From the NCBI GenBank assembly GCA_965213705.1, contig OZ243913.1, forward strand, positions 2,816,001 through 2,880,000: a DNA stretch of 64,000 nucleotides, written 5' to 3'. Below the pieces are notes generated by a model. It did not search any database, was not told where the DNA came from, and saw only the letters and a list, made by a program, of their open reading frames with translations. This document shows positions 53,019 through 61,971 of the stretch, piece by piece. Origin of the DNA: Trueperaceae bacterium (lineage in GTDB: Bacteria > Deinococcota > Deinococci > Deinococcales > Trueperaceae). Each line of letters starts with the position of its first letter. Positions within the stretch are counted from its first letter, which is position 1. Position numbers and translations under genes: made by a program.

Positions 53019-54131
53019 ATGCGGCTGCGCGCTTTTTTTCTGTCGGTTTTTTGCGTCCTGAGTTTCGGTTACGGCGCAGACGCCCCGCCCATTCGAGTCC
53101 TGCTGGACGAGGTTGTCGGCCCCGTCACGGTCCCGATGATGGGGCCGCACAGCGGTTCGGTCGACACCCAAACCGTTTTCGAGACCTCCGCCGCCCTCAC
53201 CTGGCCCCTGGCCTCCGCCGCAGGCAAGGTCGTCATAGAAGGCAAGGCAGTAGGTCACAGCTTTACTTTGAAGCCGACCGACGGGACGTTGGTAACCTGG
53301 CAGGGTCGGCCCTACCGCGGCGCACTCCGCTTCGTAGCCACTGCAGCGGGCTTCGAGGTCATCAACGTGGTGGATTTGGAGTCTTACCTGCGCGGGGTGG
53401 TGCCCGCCGAAATGCCCGCGAGTTGGTCTACGGAGGCCCTGAAAGCGCAAGCCGTAGCCGCGCGCACCTACACGCTGGCCTCGTTGGAGGGGGGCGAGAA
53501 CTACGACGTGTGCGCAACTACCGAGTGTCAAAAGTACGGCGGGGCCGCGGCGGAACACCCGCGGAGCGACGCGGCTATCCTAGCGACCACAGGCGTCGTT
53601 TTGACCTACCGGGGAACGTTCGCCAAAACCTACTACCACGCCGACTCGGGCGGCGTGCTGGCCTCGAGCGCCGAAGTTTGGGGTGACGTGCGGCCCTACC
53701 TGGCTGCGCACCAAGACGTGCCGAGCACCACACCCCACCGCCGCTGGCAAAAGAGCTTGGAGGCCGCCGCCCTGCAAACCTCGCTCACCGAAGTCGGGCT
53801 CGACATCGGGCCGGTTCAGGCTTTGCAAGTCGCGGCCTACAGCGAGTCCGGGCGGGTGAGCAGTGTCGTCGTCGTCGGCGCGTGGGGCAGCGCGACGCTG
53901 TCGGGACCGAGCTTGACGAAGCTGCTGCGCGACTGGGGCCTCAAGTCGACCCGCTTCAGCATGACGGGCGCGTTGAACGCGCAGGGCGACGGCTGGGGGC
54001 ACGGCGTCGGCATGAGCCAGTACGGGGCCAACGCCCTTGCCAGCGCCAACTACGACTATTCGCAAATCTTGGCGTTTTACTACCCGACGACGGACTTGCA
54101 GACGCTCACCTATGCGGCGGGGACACCCTGA
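53019..54131 (+). CDS. SpoIID/LytB-domain lytic transglycosylase-like protein
   Basis: YLRGVVPAEMP, EALKAQAVAARTY and GHGVGMSQYGA motifs; signal peptide. Confidence 0.9.
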   Translation: MRLRAFFLSVFCVLSFGYGADAPPIRVLLDEVVGPVTVPMMGPHSGSVDTQTVFETSAALTWPLASAAGKVVIEGKAVGHSFTLKPTDGTLVTWQGRPYRGALRFVATAAGFEVINVVDLESYLRGVVPAEMPASWSTEALKAQAVAARTYTLASLEGGENYDVCATTECQKYGGAAAEHPRSDAAILATTGVVLTYRGTFAKTYYHADSGGVLASSAEVWGDVRPYLAAHQDVPSTTPHRRWQKSLEAAALQTSLTEVGLDIGPVQALQVAAYSESGRVSSVVVVGAWGSATLSGPSLTKLLRDWGLKSTRFSMTGALNAQGDGWGHGVGMSQYGANALASANYDYSQILAFYYPTTDLQTLTYAAGTP

Positions 54132-54190
54132 GGGGAAAGTACCGAGTACTGAGTAGACAGTAAAAAGTGGAAAGTGAAAGCTTTCCTCTG
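54131..54190 (+). repeat. Degenerate heptamer tandem repeat, copy 2
   Basis: AGTACCG AGTACTG AGTAGAC AGTAAAA AGTGGAA AGTGAA AGCTTTCCTCT after the SpoIID stop. Confidence 0.75.
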
Positions 54191-54198
54191 CTCCCCAC

Positions 54199-55395
54199 CT
54201 AAGTCGAAACCTCCCCCAGCACCTCCCCAAAACGCCGTACCACTTCGTCCACCTCGCCTTTGCTGATAATGAGCGGCGGCACGAAGCGAATCACCGTCGC
54301 CCCGGCGTTGATGGTGAGGACGCCCTTATCGCGCAACGCGTCGATGTAGGGCGCGACTTTTTCTTTCATCTCCACGCCTATCATCAGGCCCAAACCGCGC
54401 ACGGTGCGGATTTTGTGGGTGTCAAGAGCGCGCAGGGCGTCTTGAAAATAAGCACCGACTTCTGCGGCGTGCTCGAGCAACCCGCGCTCCTTGATTTCGT
54501 CCAGCACGGCGACCGCCGCCGCCGAAGCGAGCGCGTTGCCGCCGAAGGTCGTGCCGTGCCCGCCCTTGGGCATTTTCAGCGCCACCGCGTCGCTCATCAG
54601 CAGCGCGCCGATGGGCACGCCGCCGCCCAAACCCTTGGCGAGCGTGACCATGTCGGGCCGGACGCCGTAGTGTTCGGTCGCCAAAAACTTGCCGGTGCGC
54701 CCGACGCCCGACTGCACCTCGTCCATGATGAGCAGTGCGCCGCGCTCGGTCGTGATGTCGCGGGCGGCCTCGAGATACTCTCTGTCCGCCGGGTACATGC
54801 CGCCCTCGCCCTGGACGGGTTCTAAAAACACCGCCGCCGTCTCCTCTGTTACATGTTCGTCAAGCTCTTCAACCTTGTTGTAGGCGACAAAGTCGTTGTC
54901 GTACTTCAAGGGCTCGAAGGGTTCGCGGTACTTTTTTTCCCAGGTCAGCGCCAGCACGCCCAAGGTTCGGCCCGAGAAGCCGCGCTTGGCACTCACAAAA
55001 CGTGGGCGACCCGTAGCGGCGCGGGCCCACTTCAGCGCCGCCTCGTTGATTTCCGAGCCCGAATTCGCCATGAACACGCGCTGCAAGCCCAGCCACTCCG
55101 GAACGAACGCGAACAGCTTGTCGTAAAACTCGGCGCGTTTGTCGTTGCCGTGCGCCTGCGTGCAGATGATAAGCCGGCTCGCCTGCTCGGCGACGGCTCT
55201 CACAAGGCGCGCGTTGTTGTGTCCGACGGACGCTACCGCGATGCCCGCCAGACAGTCGATGTAGGCGTTGCCGTCCGCGTCGTAGACGGTCACGCCGTCG
55301 CCGTGGGTGAAGACGATGTCGGGGCTCCACAAGCCCGAGTTGTGGGCAGCGTCGCGCTCGAGAAGCTCCTGCTGCTTGCTCATAACTTGGCTCAC
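54199..55395 (-). CDS. lysJ: [LysW]-aminoadipate semialdehyde / acetylornithine aminotransferase
   Basis: Class III aminotransferase ([30 protein letters not shown]); RGFSGRT...[10 protein letters not shown] is typical of Thermus/Deinococcus LysJ. Confidence 0.8.
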   Translation of the reverse strand: MSQVMSKQQELLERDAAHNSGLWSPDIVFTHGDGVTVYDADGNAYIDCLAGIAVASVGHNNARLVRAVAEQASRLIICTQAHGNDKRAEFYDKLFAFVPEWLGLQRVFMANSGSEINEAALKWARAATGRPRFVSAKRGFSGRTLGVLALTWEKKYREPFEPLKYDNDFVAYNKVEELDEHVTEETAAVFLEPVQGEGGMYPADREYLEAARDITTERGALLIMDEVQSGVGRTGKFLATEHYGVRPDMVTLAKGLGGGVPIGALLMSDAVALKMPKGGHGTTFGGNALASAAAVAVLDEIKERGLLEHAAEVGAYFQDALRALDTHKIRTVRGLGLMIGVEMKEKVAPYIDALRDKGVLTINAGATVIRFVPPLIISKGEVDEVVRRFGEVLGEVST

Positions 55396-55819
55396 GTTTA
55401 TCCTTTCGTTCGCTAGACCAAGCTTAGCTTATTACTCGCCGTCTCGGGCACTGTCTACTAGGTGCTGTCTACCAAGTACTGCCTACGCCGCAAGCCTTCA
55501 TCTTGTCTCGCGTCGGCAAAGGCAGCCCCTCCACCTATCGAACCGCACTTTGCCCAAGCTCGTCTTGATGGCCGTTTCTAACAAACTCGCACTGCTCAGG
55601 TAAAGGAGTTTTTCGCTTTTTTGTCGGAATCCGCAACGGTTTTGCTCGCTGAACAGTCCCGAACCACAGGTAGTGACCTCGACTTATGGGCGCAAAGCCG
55701 TCACCGGTAATCCCGCCGGTTCAAGACGGCTTTGCGTTTGTTTCTGAGAGAAGCAAGGGGTACTATCTCCGTTGCCCGCACCAAACGCAGACAAGTGCTA
55801 GACTTTTTCCGGAGGCTGA

Positions 55820-56341
55820 ATGAAACACGTCGACCTCATCCGCGGCGACCTCACCAAACAGACTGTCGACGCGGTCGTCAACGCAGCCAACAGGTCGTTG
55901 TTGGGCGGGGGTGGCGTAGACGGCGCCATCCACCGGGCGGCTGGACCCCAGCTGTTAGCGGCGACTCGCAAGTTGGGCGGTTGCGCCACGGGCGACGCCA
56001 AGTTGACCCCGGGGTTCGAGCTGCCCGCTCGCTACATTATCCACACGGTCGGCCCTGTATGGCGGGGCGGTCACGAGGGCGAACCCCAACTGCTGGCGAG
56101 TTGTTACCAGAGTTGTTTCCGCCTGGCTGACGAGAACGGCGTTACGACGTTGGCCTTTCCCTCTATCAGTACGGGCGTGTACGGTTACCCTATTGAGCAA
56201 GCCAGCCGCGTCGCCCTGCTCGAGACGAAACATTTTCTCGCTCGAGACTCCACGATAGACCGCGTCGTGATGGTTTGCTTCAGCGCTCATGACCTGCGCG
56301 TCTACCAAGAGACCCACGCCGAGGTGTTTACGGACTTTTGA
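55820..56341 (+). CDS. ymdB: Macro-domain O-acetyl-ADP-ribose deacetylase (YmdB-like)
   Basis: GDLT, VNAANRSLLGGGGVDGAIHRAAG and FPSISTGVYGYP motifs. Confidence 0.9.
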   Translation: MKHVDLIRGDLTKQTVDAVVNAANRSLLGGGGVDGAIHRAAGPQLLAATRKLGGCATGDAKLTPGFELPARYIIHTVGPVWRGGHEGEPQLLASCYQSCFRLADENGVTTLAFPSISTGVYGYPIEQASRVALLETKHFLARDSTIDRVVMVCFSAHDLRVYQETHAEVFTDF

Positions 56342-56550
56342 ACCGTCCCCTGCCAATCTCAACAAGCAAGGTGAGGTTGGACGGAGACCGAACAAGACCG
56401 CGGCCGTTACGAAAGAGGACGCGCCAAACCAGCGCCGTGGCCGCCAGGACTGTAAGCCTGGAAAAGGTACGAAGGCACACAGTTATTTAGACTTAGTGTC
56501 GTCCAGCCGGGTCCGCAAAGACTCAGCACTTCACAGCAAAGGAGATACAC

Positions 56551-57147
56551 ATGGCTTTCGACCTGCCCGACCTACCTTACGCCTTCGATGCGCTCGAGCC
56601 GCACATCGACGCACGCACGATGGAGATTCACCATGACAAGCACCACGCCGGCTATACCAACAACCTCAACAAGGCCGTAGAGGGTACCGAGATGGAGAAC
56701 AAGTCCATCGAAGAAATTCTCGCGGTGGGTGCTGATAAGTTACCTACAGCGGTACGCAACAACGGCGGCGGTTACCACAACCACAGTCTCTTTTGGCAAA
56801 TCATGGGACCGAACGGCGGCGGTCAGCCCTCGGGCGAGTTGGCGCAGGCGATTGACAGCGCCTTCGGCGGTTTCGACGCCTTCAAAGAAGAGTTCGCCAA
56901 AGCTGCCGCCACGCGCTTCGGCTCGGGTTGGGCCTGGTTGGTCGTGGACGGTGGCAAGCTGGCAGTCACCAGCACGCCCAACCAAGACAGCCCCGTGATG
57001 GAAGGCAAAACCCCGATTCTCGGTCTCGACGTCTGGGAGCACGCCTACTACCTCAACTATCAAAACAAGCGTCCGGACTACATTGACGCCTGGTGGAAGG
57101 TTGTGAACTGGGACCAGGTCGCCGAGAACTACAGCAACGCGACCTAA
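56551..57147 (+). CDS. sodA: Superoxide dismutase [Mn]
   Basis: [26 protein letters not shown] and DVWEHAYY motifs. Confidence 0.93.
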   Translation: MAFDLPDLPYAFDALEPHIDARTMEIHHDKHHAGYTNNLNKAVEGTEMENKSIEEILAVGADKLPTAVRNNGGGYHNHSLFWQIMGPNGGGQPSGELAQAIDSAFGGFDAFKEEFAKAAATRFGSGWAWLVVDGGKLAVTSTPNQDSPVMEGKTPILGLDVWEHAYYLNYQNKRPDYIDAWWKVVNWDQVAENYSNAT

Positions 57148-57270
57148 ACGGCCCGGCAGGCGTTTGCCTTGCCTGTTTGTACGGTTTCTTCAGAGACGCA
57201 AACCTTAAGTCAAACCTGCCGTAGGGCAAAAGCGCAACCGGAAACACCGACGCTTTTGCCATACCGGCTT

Positions 57271-57326
57271 CTCGACAACCACATCAGCATTGCCTGAAAA
57301 TGCTGATGTGGTTGTCGAGTTTTTTT
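57271..57326 (+). terminator. Long perfect-stem terminator
   Basis: 21-bp stem CTCGACAACCACATCAGCATT / AATGCTGATGTGGTTGTCGAG followed by T7. Confidence 0.8.
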
Positions 57327-57408
57327 AAGAGTCGCTTTTCTACTTATACGCAAAAACAAGGTGCGTGAAAGCGGGGTGCGCAAGACGAATTCTCGAGGCA
57401 GCTACAGT

Positions 57409-58440
57409 TTATAGAGCTACGGATTGGAAATTTGGGACAGTCAGGGGATAGTCGAAGGTCGTACCCAAACCGGCTTCGGGCGAGCAGCGGATTTCACCGC
57501 GCTTATAACACCGCTCGAAGACGGTGACTAAGTGCGGGTCGAACTGCTCCGCAGCTGCTTCACAAACGTAGTTAAGTGCTTTGTCGGGCGGCATCGGTTG
57601 CCGGTAGGGCCGGCGGCTGGTCAGCGCTTCGAACACGTCGACGATACTGATGACGCGGCTCAGCAAGGGTATAGCCTCGCCGCTGAGCCGGTGCGGATAG
57701 CCGGTGCCGTCGTAGCGTTCGTGGTGTGAGCGCACAATTTCGGCAATCTGCGCAAATTCACGCGATACCGAAGCGAGCAGGTTCGCGCCGTAGTCGGGGT
57801 GCCGTTTGACCTCGGCATACTCGACCTCGGTGAGTGCGCCGTCCTTGAGCAAAATGTATTCGGGAATAGCGATTTTGCCCAAATCGTGTAGCAGCGCGCT
57901 CCAGTAAAGCTGCTCTAGCCGCGTCTCACTAAGGCCTAAAGCCTGGCCGACGACCAGGGCGTTTCTGGCGACGCGCTCGCAATGGCCCTGGGTATGTCGG
58001 TCGCGCACCTCGACGGTACTGGCAAGGCTCGAGAGCATCTTGGTGTACATCTCCGACAAACGGTCGACACGCTTCTCAACTTTGTGGAGGCGCATCGTGA
58101 CAGCTTCGAACAGCGCGCCTACAGTGATACCAAAAAAAAGGTAAAGGCTGCTAGCTAACCAAGCCACGGCAAATTTCTCCTCACTCGGTCCGAAAAAGTA
58201 AGTCAGCAAAGCTACGAGCAGTCCCACCACAAAACCGCCGCGCAGTCCAAAAAGAGCCGCCGCCAACAAAATAGGTAGGTAGACAAGTTGAGCAAGAAGC
58301 GCGGGCACTCCCTGCGCCGTCAGCGCGACAACCGCGACGGCCACAAATAAAAGTGTCGCTACCGCCGCGACCCCCAACATGACGTGACGCTGTGGCAGCG
58401 TCCCCTGACGCGTCAGGGGACGCTGCAGACGACCTATCAC
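57409..58440 (-). CDS. Membrane-anchored HD-GYP cyclic-dinucleotide phosphodiesterase
   Basis: N-terminal TM helices; HTQGHCERV, LLHDLGK, HHERYDGTGYP, DVFEALTSRRPY and QFDP motifs. Confidence 0.9.
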   Translation of the reverse strand: MIGRLQRPLTRQGTLPQRHVMLGVAAVATLLFVAVAVVALTAQGVPALLAQLVYLPILLAAALFGLRGGFVVGLLVALLTYFFGPSEEKFAVAWLASSLYLFFGITVGALFEAVTMRLHKVEKRVDRLSEMYTKMLSSLASTVEVRDRHTQGHCERVARNALVVGQALGLSETRLEQLYWSALLHDLGKIAIPEYILLKDGALTEVEYAEVKRHPDYGANLLASVSREFAQIAEIVRSHHERYDGTGYPHRLSGEAIPLLSRVISIVDVFEALTSRRPYRQPMPPDKALNYVCEAAAEQFDPHLVTVFERCYKRGEIRCSPEAGLGTTFDYPLTVPNFQSVAL

Positions 58441-58634
58441 AAACAGCGCTCTGGTTTACGGGTGACTTGGTTGAACGACGACCTAACGAGAACCACGAAA
58501 GCAAAAAACTCCACGAGTCACATCCTCCTTCGACGTAGCTCGCAGAGTAAAACAAAGACGCTTAGAAAACGCTTAGAAACGCTTGAAAACTGTTTTCCGT
58601 AAAACAAATTATAGTAACTTAAGCTGAAACTTGG

Positions 58635-58733
58635 TTACCTAGTAGAACCGGCACCTGCCATAGCCAAGAAAGGTAAGTTAGCAAGAACTAAAAAAACAGT
58701 TGCGTAAAAAATTTTTCTCCCGTTGTTTTTCAT
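58635..58733 (-). CDS. Putative secreted signalling propeptide MKNNGRKIFYATVFLVLANLPFLAMA|GAGSTR
   Basis: 32-aa ORF with a basic N-region, hydrophobic core and A-x-A cleavage site; purine-rich RBS; alternative ATG at 58745. Confidence 0.65.
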   Translation of the reverse strand: MKNNGRKIFYATVFLVLANLPFLAMAGAGSTR

Positions 58734-59217
58734 TTTCTTCCCCATTCTCTTCCCGTGCTCCCGCACGTTCGCAGGTTTTCCTACCCAAGGTTCTCCACAC
58801 CTCTGGTAGCGCCTTCGCGGTCTCCCAACCGATAAAGGACTTGGGGCCAAACAGAGCGCCGTCTGGCTTTTGGTCGCTAAGTTATGAGGAGGTGTTGCAA
58901 GATGTAAAGTGTCGCGCTCCCTTAGCTCCCAATTTTTTCCTAACAACTCCAGGACTCCCACCCTGTTTGTGTTGTCAGCGCCGCAACCCTTCTCCCAAAG
59001 AGTAACAGCTAAGTATTAGAATAACACATAACCCCCTCATTCATAAGTACACATGCACAAAATGATAAGTATTTCACACAGCGTCAGAAAAGGCGTGTGG
59101 GGTAGGATTTTTCTGCTGCAGTTTTGTATTTTTATGAAAAAATCAAATTTAGGTAGATATATGAACTTTTGAATAATACTGTAAAAGCTATAGTCTTAAG
59201 GTGAGGTTCCTCTAATC

Positions 59218-60924
59218 GTGGCTAAGACGGTCTACGACATCATCGCTGAAAAGTATCCAGGGGTTGAACTCGAGAGCCCTGTGCAGGGTTGGGTATACTT
59301 GGAAGAGTATGAAAAAGGTATAGAAGCTCACCAAAAGATGATTCAGGTTCACACAACCGCTTATGATGACCGTTGGCTTGGAGTTTGTCATTTTCAACTG
59401 GGTAATGATTTGAAGGCCATTGAAGTTTTTTACCGAGCTATCGCACGATTTGATGAAGCGGCTCGAATAAACTTAGCGTTTGCTTTTTCTTTTGTCGAGC
59501 GAAAAAAAGAGATGATTTTAGAGTTGCAAAAAATCAACTTTACTAATCTCAACAAATATGATAAAGCACTATATCTGCGAGTGAAGAGCTACTATGAAGA
59601 GGCGCAAGGTAACGTACAAAGCGCTTTAAACGATGCAGAGCGTGCTTGGGAAATGATTCAAGGAATTCCAGAACTTCCTATTCTTGCACCACAAATTTTA
59701 AATCAATTAGGCATTCTTCACGCTAGGATAGGGCGGTCACAACGCGCTCTATGGTACATAGAACGCAGTTTAGAACTGTCGGAAGCTATGGAGCAAAAAA
59801 AGGGTCTTTTAAGACGTGCTTGCCTTTTTACGATATTAGGAAGATATGAAGAGGCATTAACGGATTTAAAAATTCTCAGCGCCGCGGAAACTCCAGTTTA
59901 CCTCACAGCAGAGCAATTTCTCCGAACAGGTGACGCTGTTTGGGCTATGCGTAACACAGCTGAAGCTGTAGAATTTTATGAGAAAGCAATAACGTTAGCT
60001 CTCGGGAATCAGTACAGCTTCGAGGAATTTTCAGCTAGACTAGCTTTAGCTTCCATCTACGGATTTCAGTCTCTTGTCGCGACGGCGGGTGAACACCTTG
60101 CACGTGCCAAAGTTTTGATCAGCGATAATACAGACGAATTGGCCTACCAATTCCGAGACATTTTGGTCTCTCGTTTTGCAAACGAACTTACCTCTCAACA
60201 GACCGCAGACGAGTTGGCTTTGGTAGCAAAAGAGTTCGGGGAAATGGGTCTTTTGCAAGAGCAAGGCTGGGTTCGGCTCCACATCGCCGAGATGCACCGC
60301 CAACTCGGCGACGAAGTCAGCATGTTGCGCGAACTCGACGAGCTTCAAAAGCTTGCGGTGACGCTGCAAAACAACCACTTTTTAGCAAGAGAATGGACCC
60401 TCGTCCCCAAGCTCCGTGAACTCGCCCTCAAAACCCATCCGAAGATTGCGGGTAAGTCGCCGGACGTTTTGGAGATTTATACAATGGGCGAAGAAAAGCT
60501 CGTGCTGAACGGCAAGGTCGCTAACGTGCGCATGACGAAGGCGGTCGAAATCATCGCGTACTTTCTGGAGCACGGCAAGGTGGGCTTAAAAAAGATGCTC
60601 CTGGACGTGTTCGCCGACGAGGAACCCAAGGCGGCGCGCAACTATTTTCACCAGTTCAAGCACGAGTTGAACAGCCGGATGCCGGGTTTGACCGTGGAGT
60701 ACGACTCAGGTGAACGGCTGTACTCGCTGAAAACCGAGGCCGACGTTTTGTGGGACGTGGCCGAGTTGCGGGCCGGGCGCAAGATGGGGGCGTTGGGTAT
60801 CTTTTTGCCGGGCTCGGGCTCCGAGTGGGCGCTCGTGCTCGAGAACGAACTCGAGCCCTTAAAACAGCGCGACGAGGTGTTTCCCGTCGTGCAAATCAGC
60901 CGCAAAGTTTCCGTCAAAACTTGA
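59218..60924 (+). CDS. TPR-repeat protein with C-terminal winged-helix (SARP/OmpR-like) domain
   Basis: Repeated TPR helices (LGVCHFQLGNDLKAIEVF, LGILHARIGRSQRALWY, GRYEEAL); C-terminal LEIYTMGEEKLVLNG...KAVEIIAYFL...ARNYFHQFKHEL. Confidence 0.8.
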   Translation: MAKTVYDIIAEKYPGVELESPVQGWVYLEEYEKGIEAHQKMIQVHTTAYDDRWLGVCHFQLGNDLKAIEVFYRAIARFDEAARINLAFAFSFVERKKEMILELQKINFTNLNKYDKALYLRVKSYYEEAQGNVQSALNDAERAWEMIQGIPELPILAPQILNQLGILHARIGRSQRALWYIERSLELSEAMEQKKGLLRRACLFTILGRYEEALTDLKILSAAETPVYLTAEQFLRTGDAVWAMRNTAEAVEFYEKAITLALGNQYSFEEFSARLALASIYGFQSLVATAGEHLARAKVLISDNTDELAYQFRDILVSRFANELTSQQTADELALVAKEFGEMGLLQEQGWVRLHIAEMHRQLGDEVSMLRELDELQKLAVTLQNNHFLAREWTLVPKLRELALKTHPKIAGKSPDVLEIYTMGEEKLVLNGKVANVRMTKAVEIIAYFLEHGKVGLKKMLLDVFADEEPKAARNYFHQFKHELNSRMPGLTVEYDSGERLYSLKTEADVLWDVAELRAGRKMGALGIFLPGSGSEWALVLENELEPLKQRDEVFPVVQISRKVSVKT

Positions 60925-60962
60925 AAGCGTGTTACGCTCTTGGCCTAAACCAGGAGGACTAG

Positions 60963-61961
60963 GTGCAGCTAGCAAAGTTTTCGCGCAGACGGTACACGCA
61001 AGGATTTACGCCGCTCGAAAAGCTCGAGCACCTCACCGAACACTTGGGCGGCCCGAACTTGTTTGTCAAGCGGGACGACCTGCTCGGACTCACCGCCGGC
61101 GGGAACAAGACGAGAAAGCTCGAGTTCCTAGTCGCGGACGCGCTCGCCCAGGGGGCGGACACCCTCATCACGGTGGGCGCGGTGCAGTCGAACCACTGTC
61201 GCCTGACGCTTGCGGCGGCGGTCAAGGAGGGGCTGAAGTGCCGCCTCGTCTTAGAAGAGCGCGTGCCGAACAGCTACGACCCGGACTCGAGCGGGAACAA
61301 CTTTTTATTCAAGCTTTTGGGCGTCGAGAGCGTCAAGGTCGTCGCGGGCGGCGCGGACTTGGCGGCGGCGATGGGTGAGGTCGCTGCCGAGCTTGAGGGT
61401 GAAGGCCGCAAGGGCTACGTCATCCCCGGCGGCGGCTCGAACAGCTTGGGCGCGCTCGGTTACGTGAGCTGCGCCGAGGAGATTTTGCAGCAGAGTTTCG
61501 ACCTGGGCCTCGAGCTCGAGCACATCGTCGTCTCGTCGGGCTCGGGGGGGACGCACGCGGGCATGGTCGTCGGGAACGTGGGCAACAACAGCAACATCCC
61601 CGTTACCGGCATCAGCGTGCGGGCGAAGAAAGAACCCCAAGAGGAGAAGCTGCACAAGTTGGCGAGTGAGACCGCCGACCTCCTCGGCGTTCGCGGCGGC
61701 GTGCCGCGCGAAGCGTTTACCGTGCTCGACGACTACGTCGGGGCGGGCTACTCGCTGCCGACCGCGGGCATGGTCGAGGCGGTGCAGTTGTTCGCGCGGC
61801 TCGAGGGCATCCTGCTCGACCCAGTCTACACCGGCAAAACGGCCGCCGGACTCATCGACCTCGTGCGCAAAGGGCATTTTGAACGGGGCGAGAACGTGCT
61901 GTTTTTGCACACGGGCGGCGCACCGGCGCTCTACGCTTATCAAGACGTGGTTTTAGACTGA
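60963..61961 (+). CDS. PLP-dependent D-cysteine desulfhydrase / D-cysteate sulfo-lyase family
   Basis: KRDDLLG, GGNKTRKLE, QSNH, SGSGGTHAG, DPVYTGK and LHTGG motifs. Confidence 0.9.
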   Translation: MQLAKFSRRRYTQGFTPLEKLEHLTEHLGGPNLFVKRDDLLGLTAGGNKTRKLEFLVADALAQGADTLITVGAVQSNHCRLTLAAAVKEGLKCRLVLEERVPNSYDPDSSGNNFLFKLLGVESVKVVAGGADLAAAMGEVAAELEGEGRKGYVIPGGGSNSLGALGYVSCAEEILQQSFDLGLELEHIVVSSGSGGTHAGMVVGNVGNNSNIPVTGISVRAKKEPQEEKLHKLASETADLLGVRGGVPREAFTVLDDYVGAGYSLPTAGMVEAVQLFARLEGILLDPVYTGKTAAGLIDLVRKGHFERGENVLFLHTGGAPALYAYQDVVLD

Positions 61962-61971
61962 TGGGCTCAGC

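Noticed and set aside
55685..55705. c-di-GMP-I riboswitch suggested by GGGCGCAAAGCC
   Set aside because: The upstream GGCAAA...GNRA P2 stem and the P3 consensus are not recognisable.
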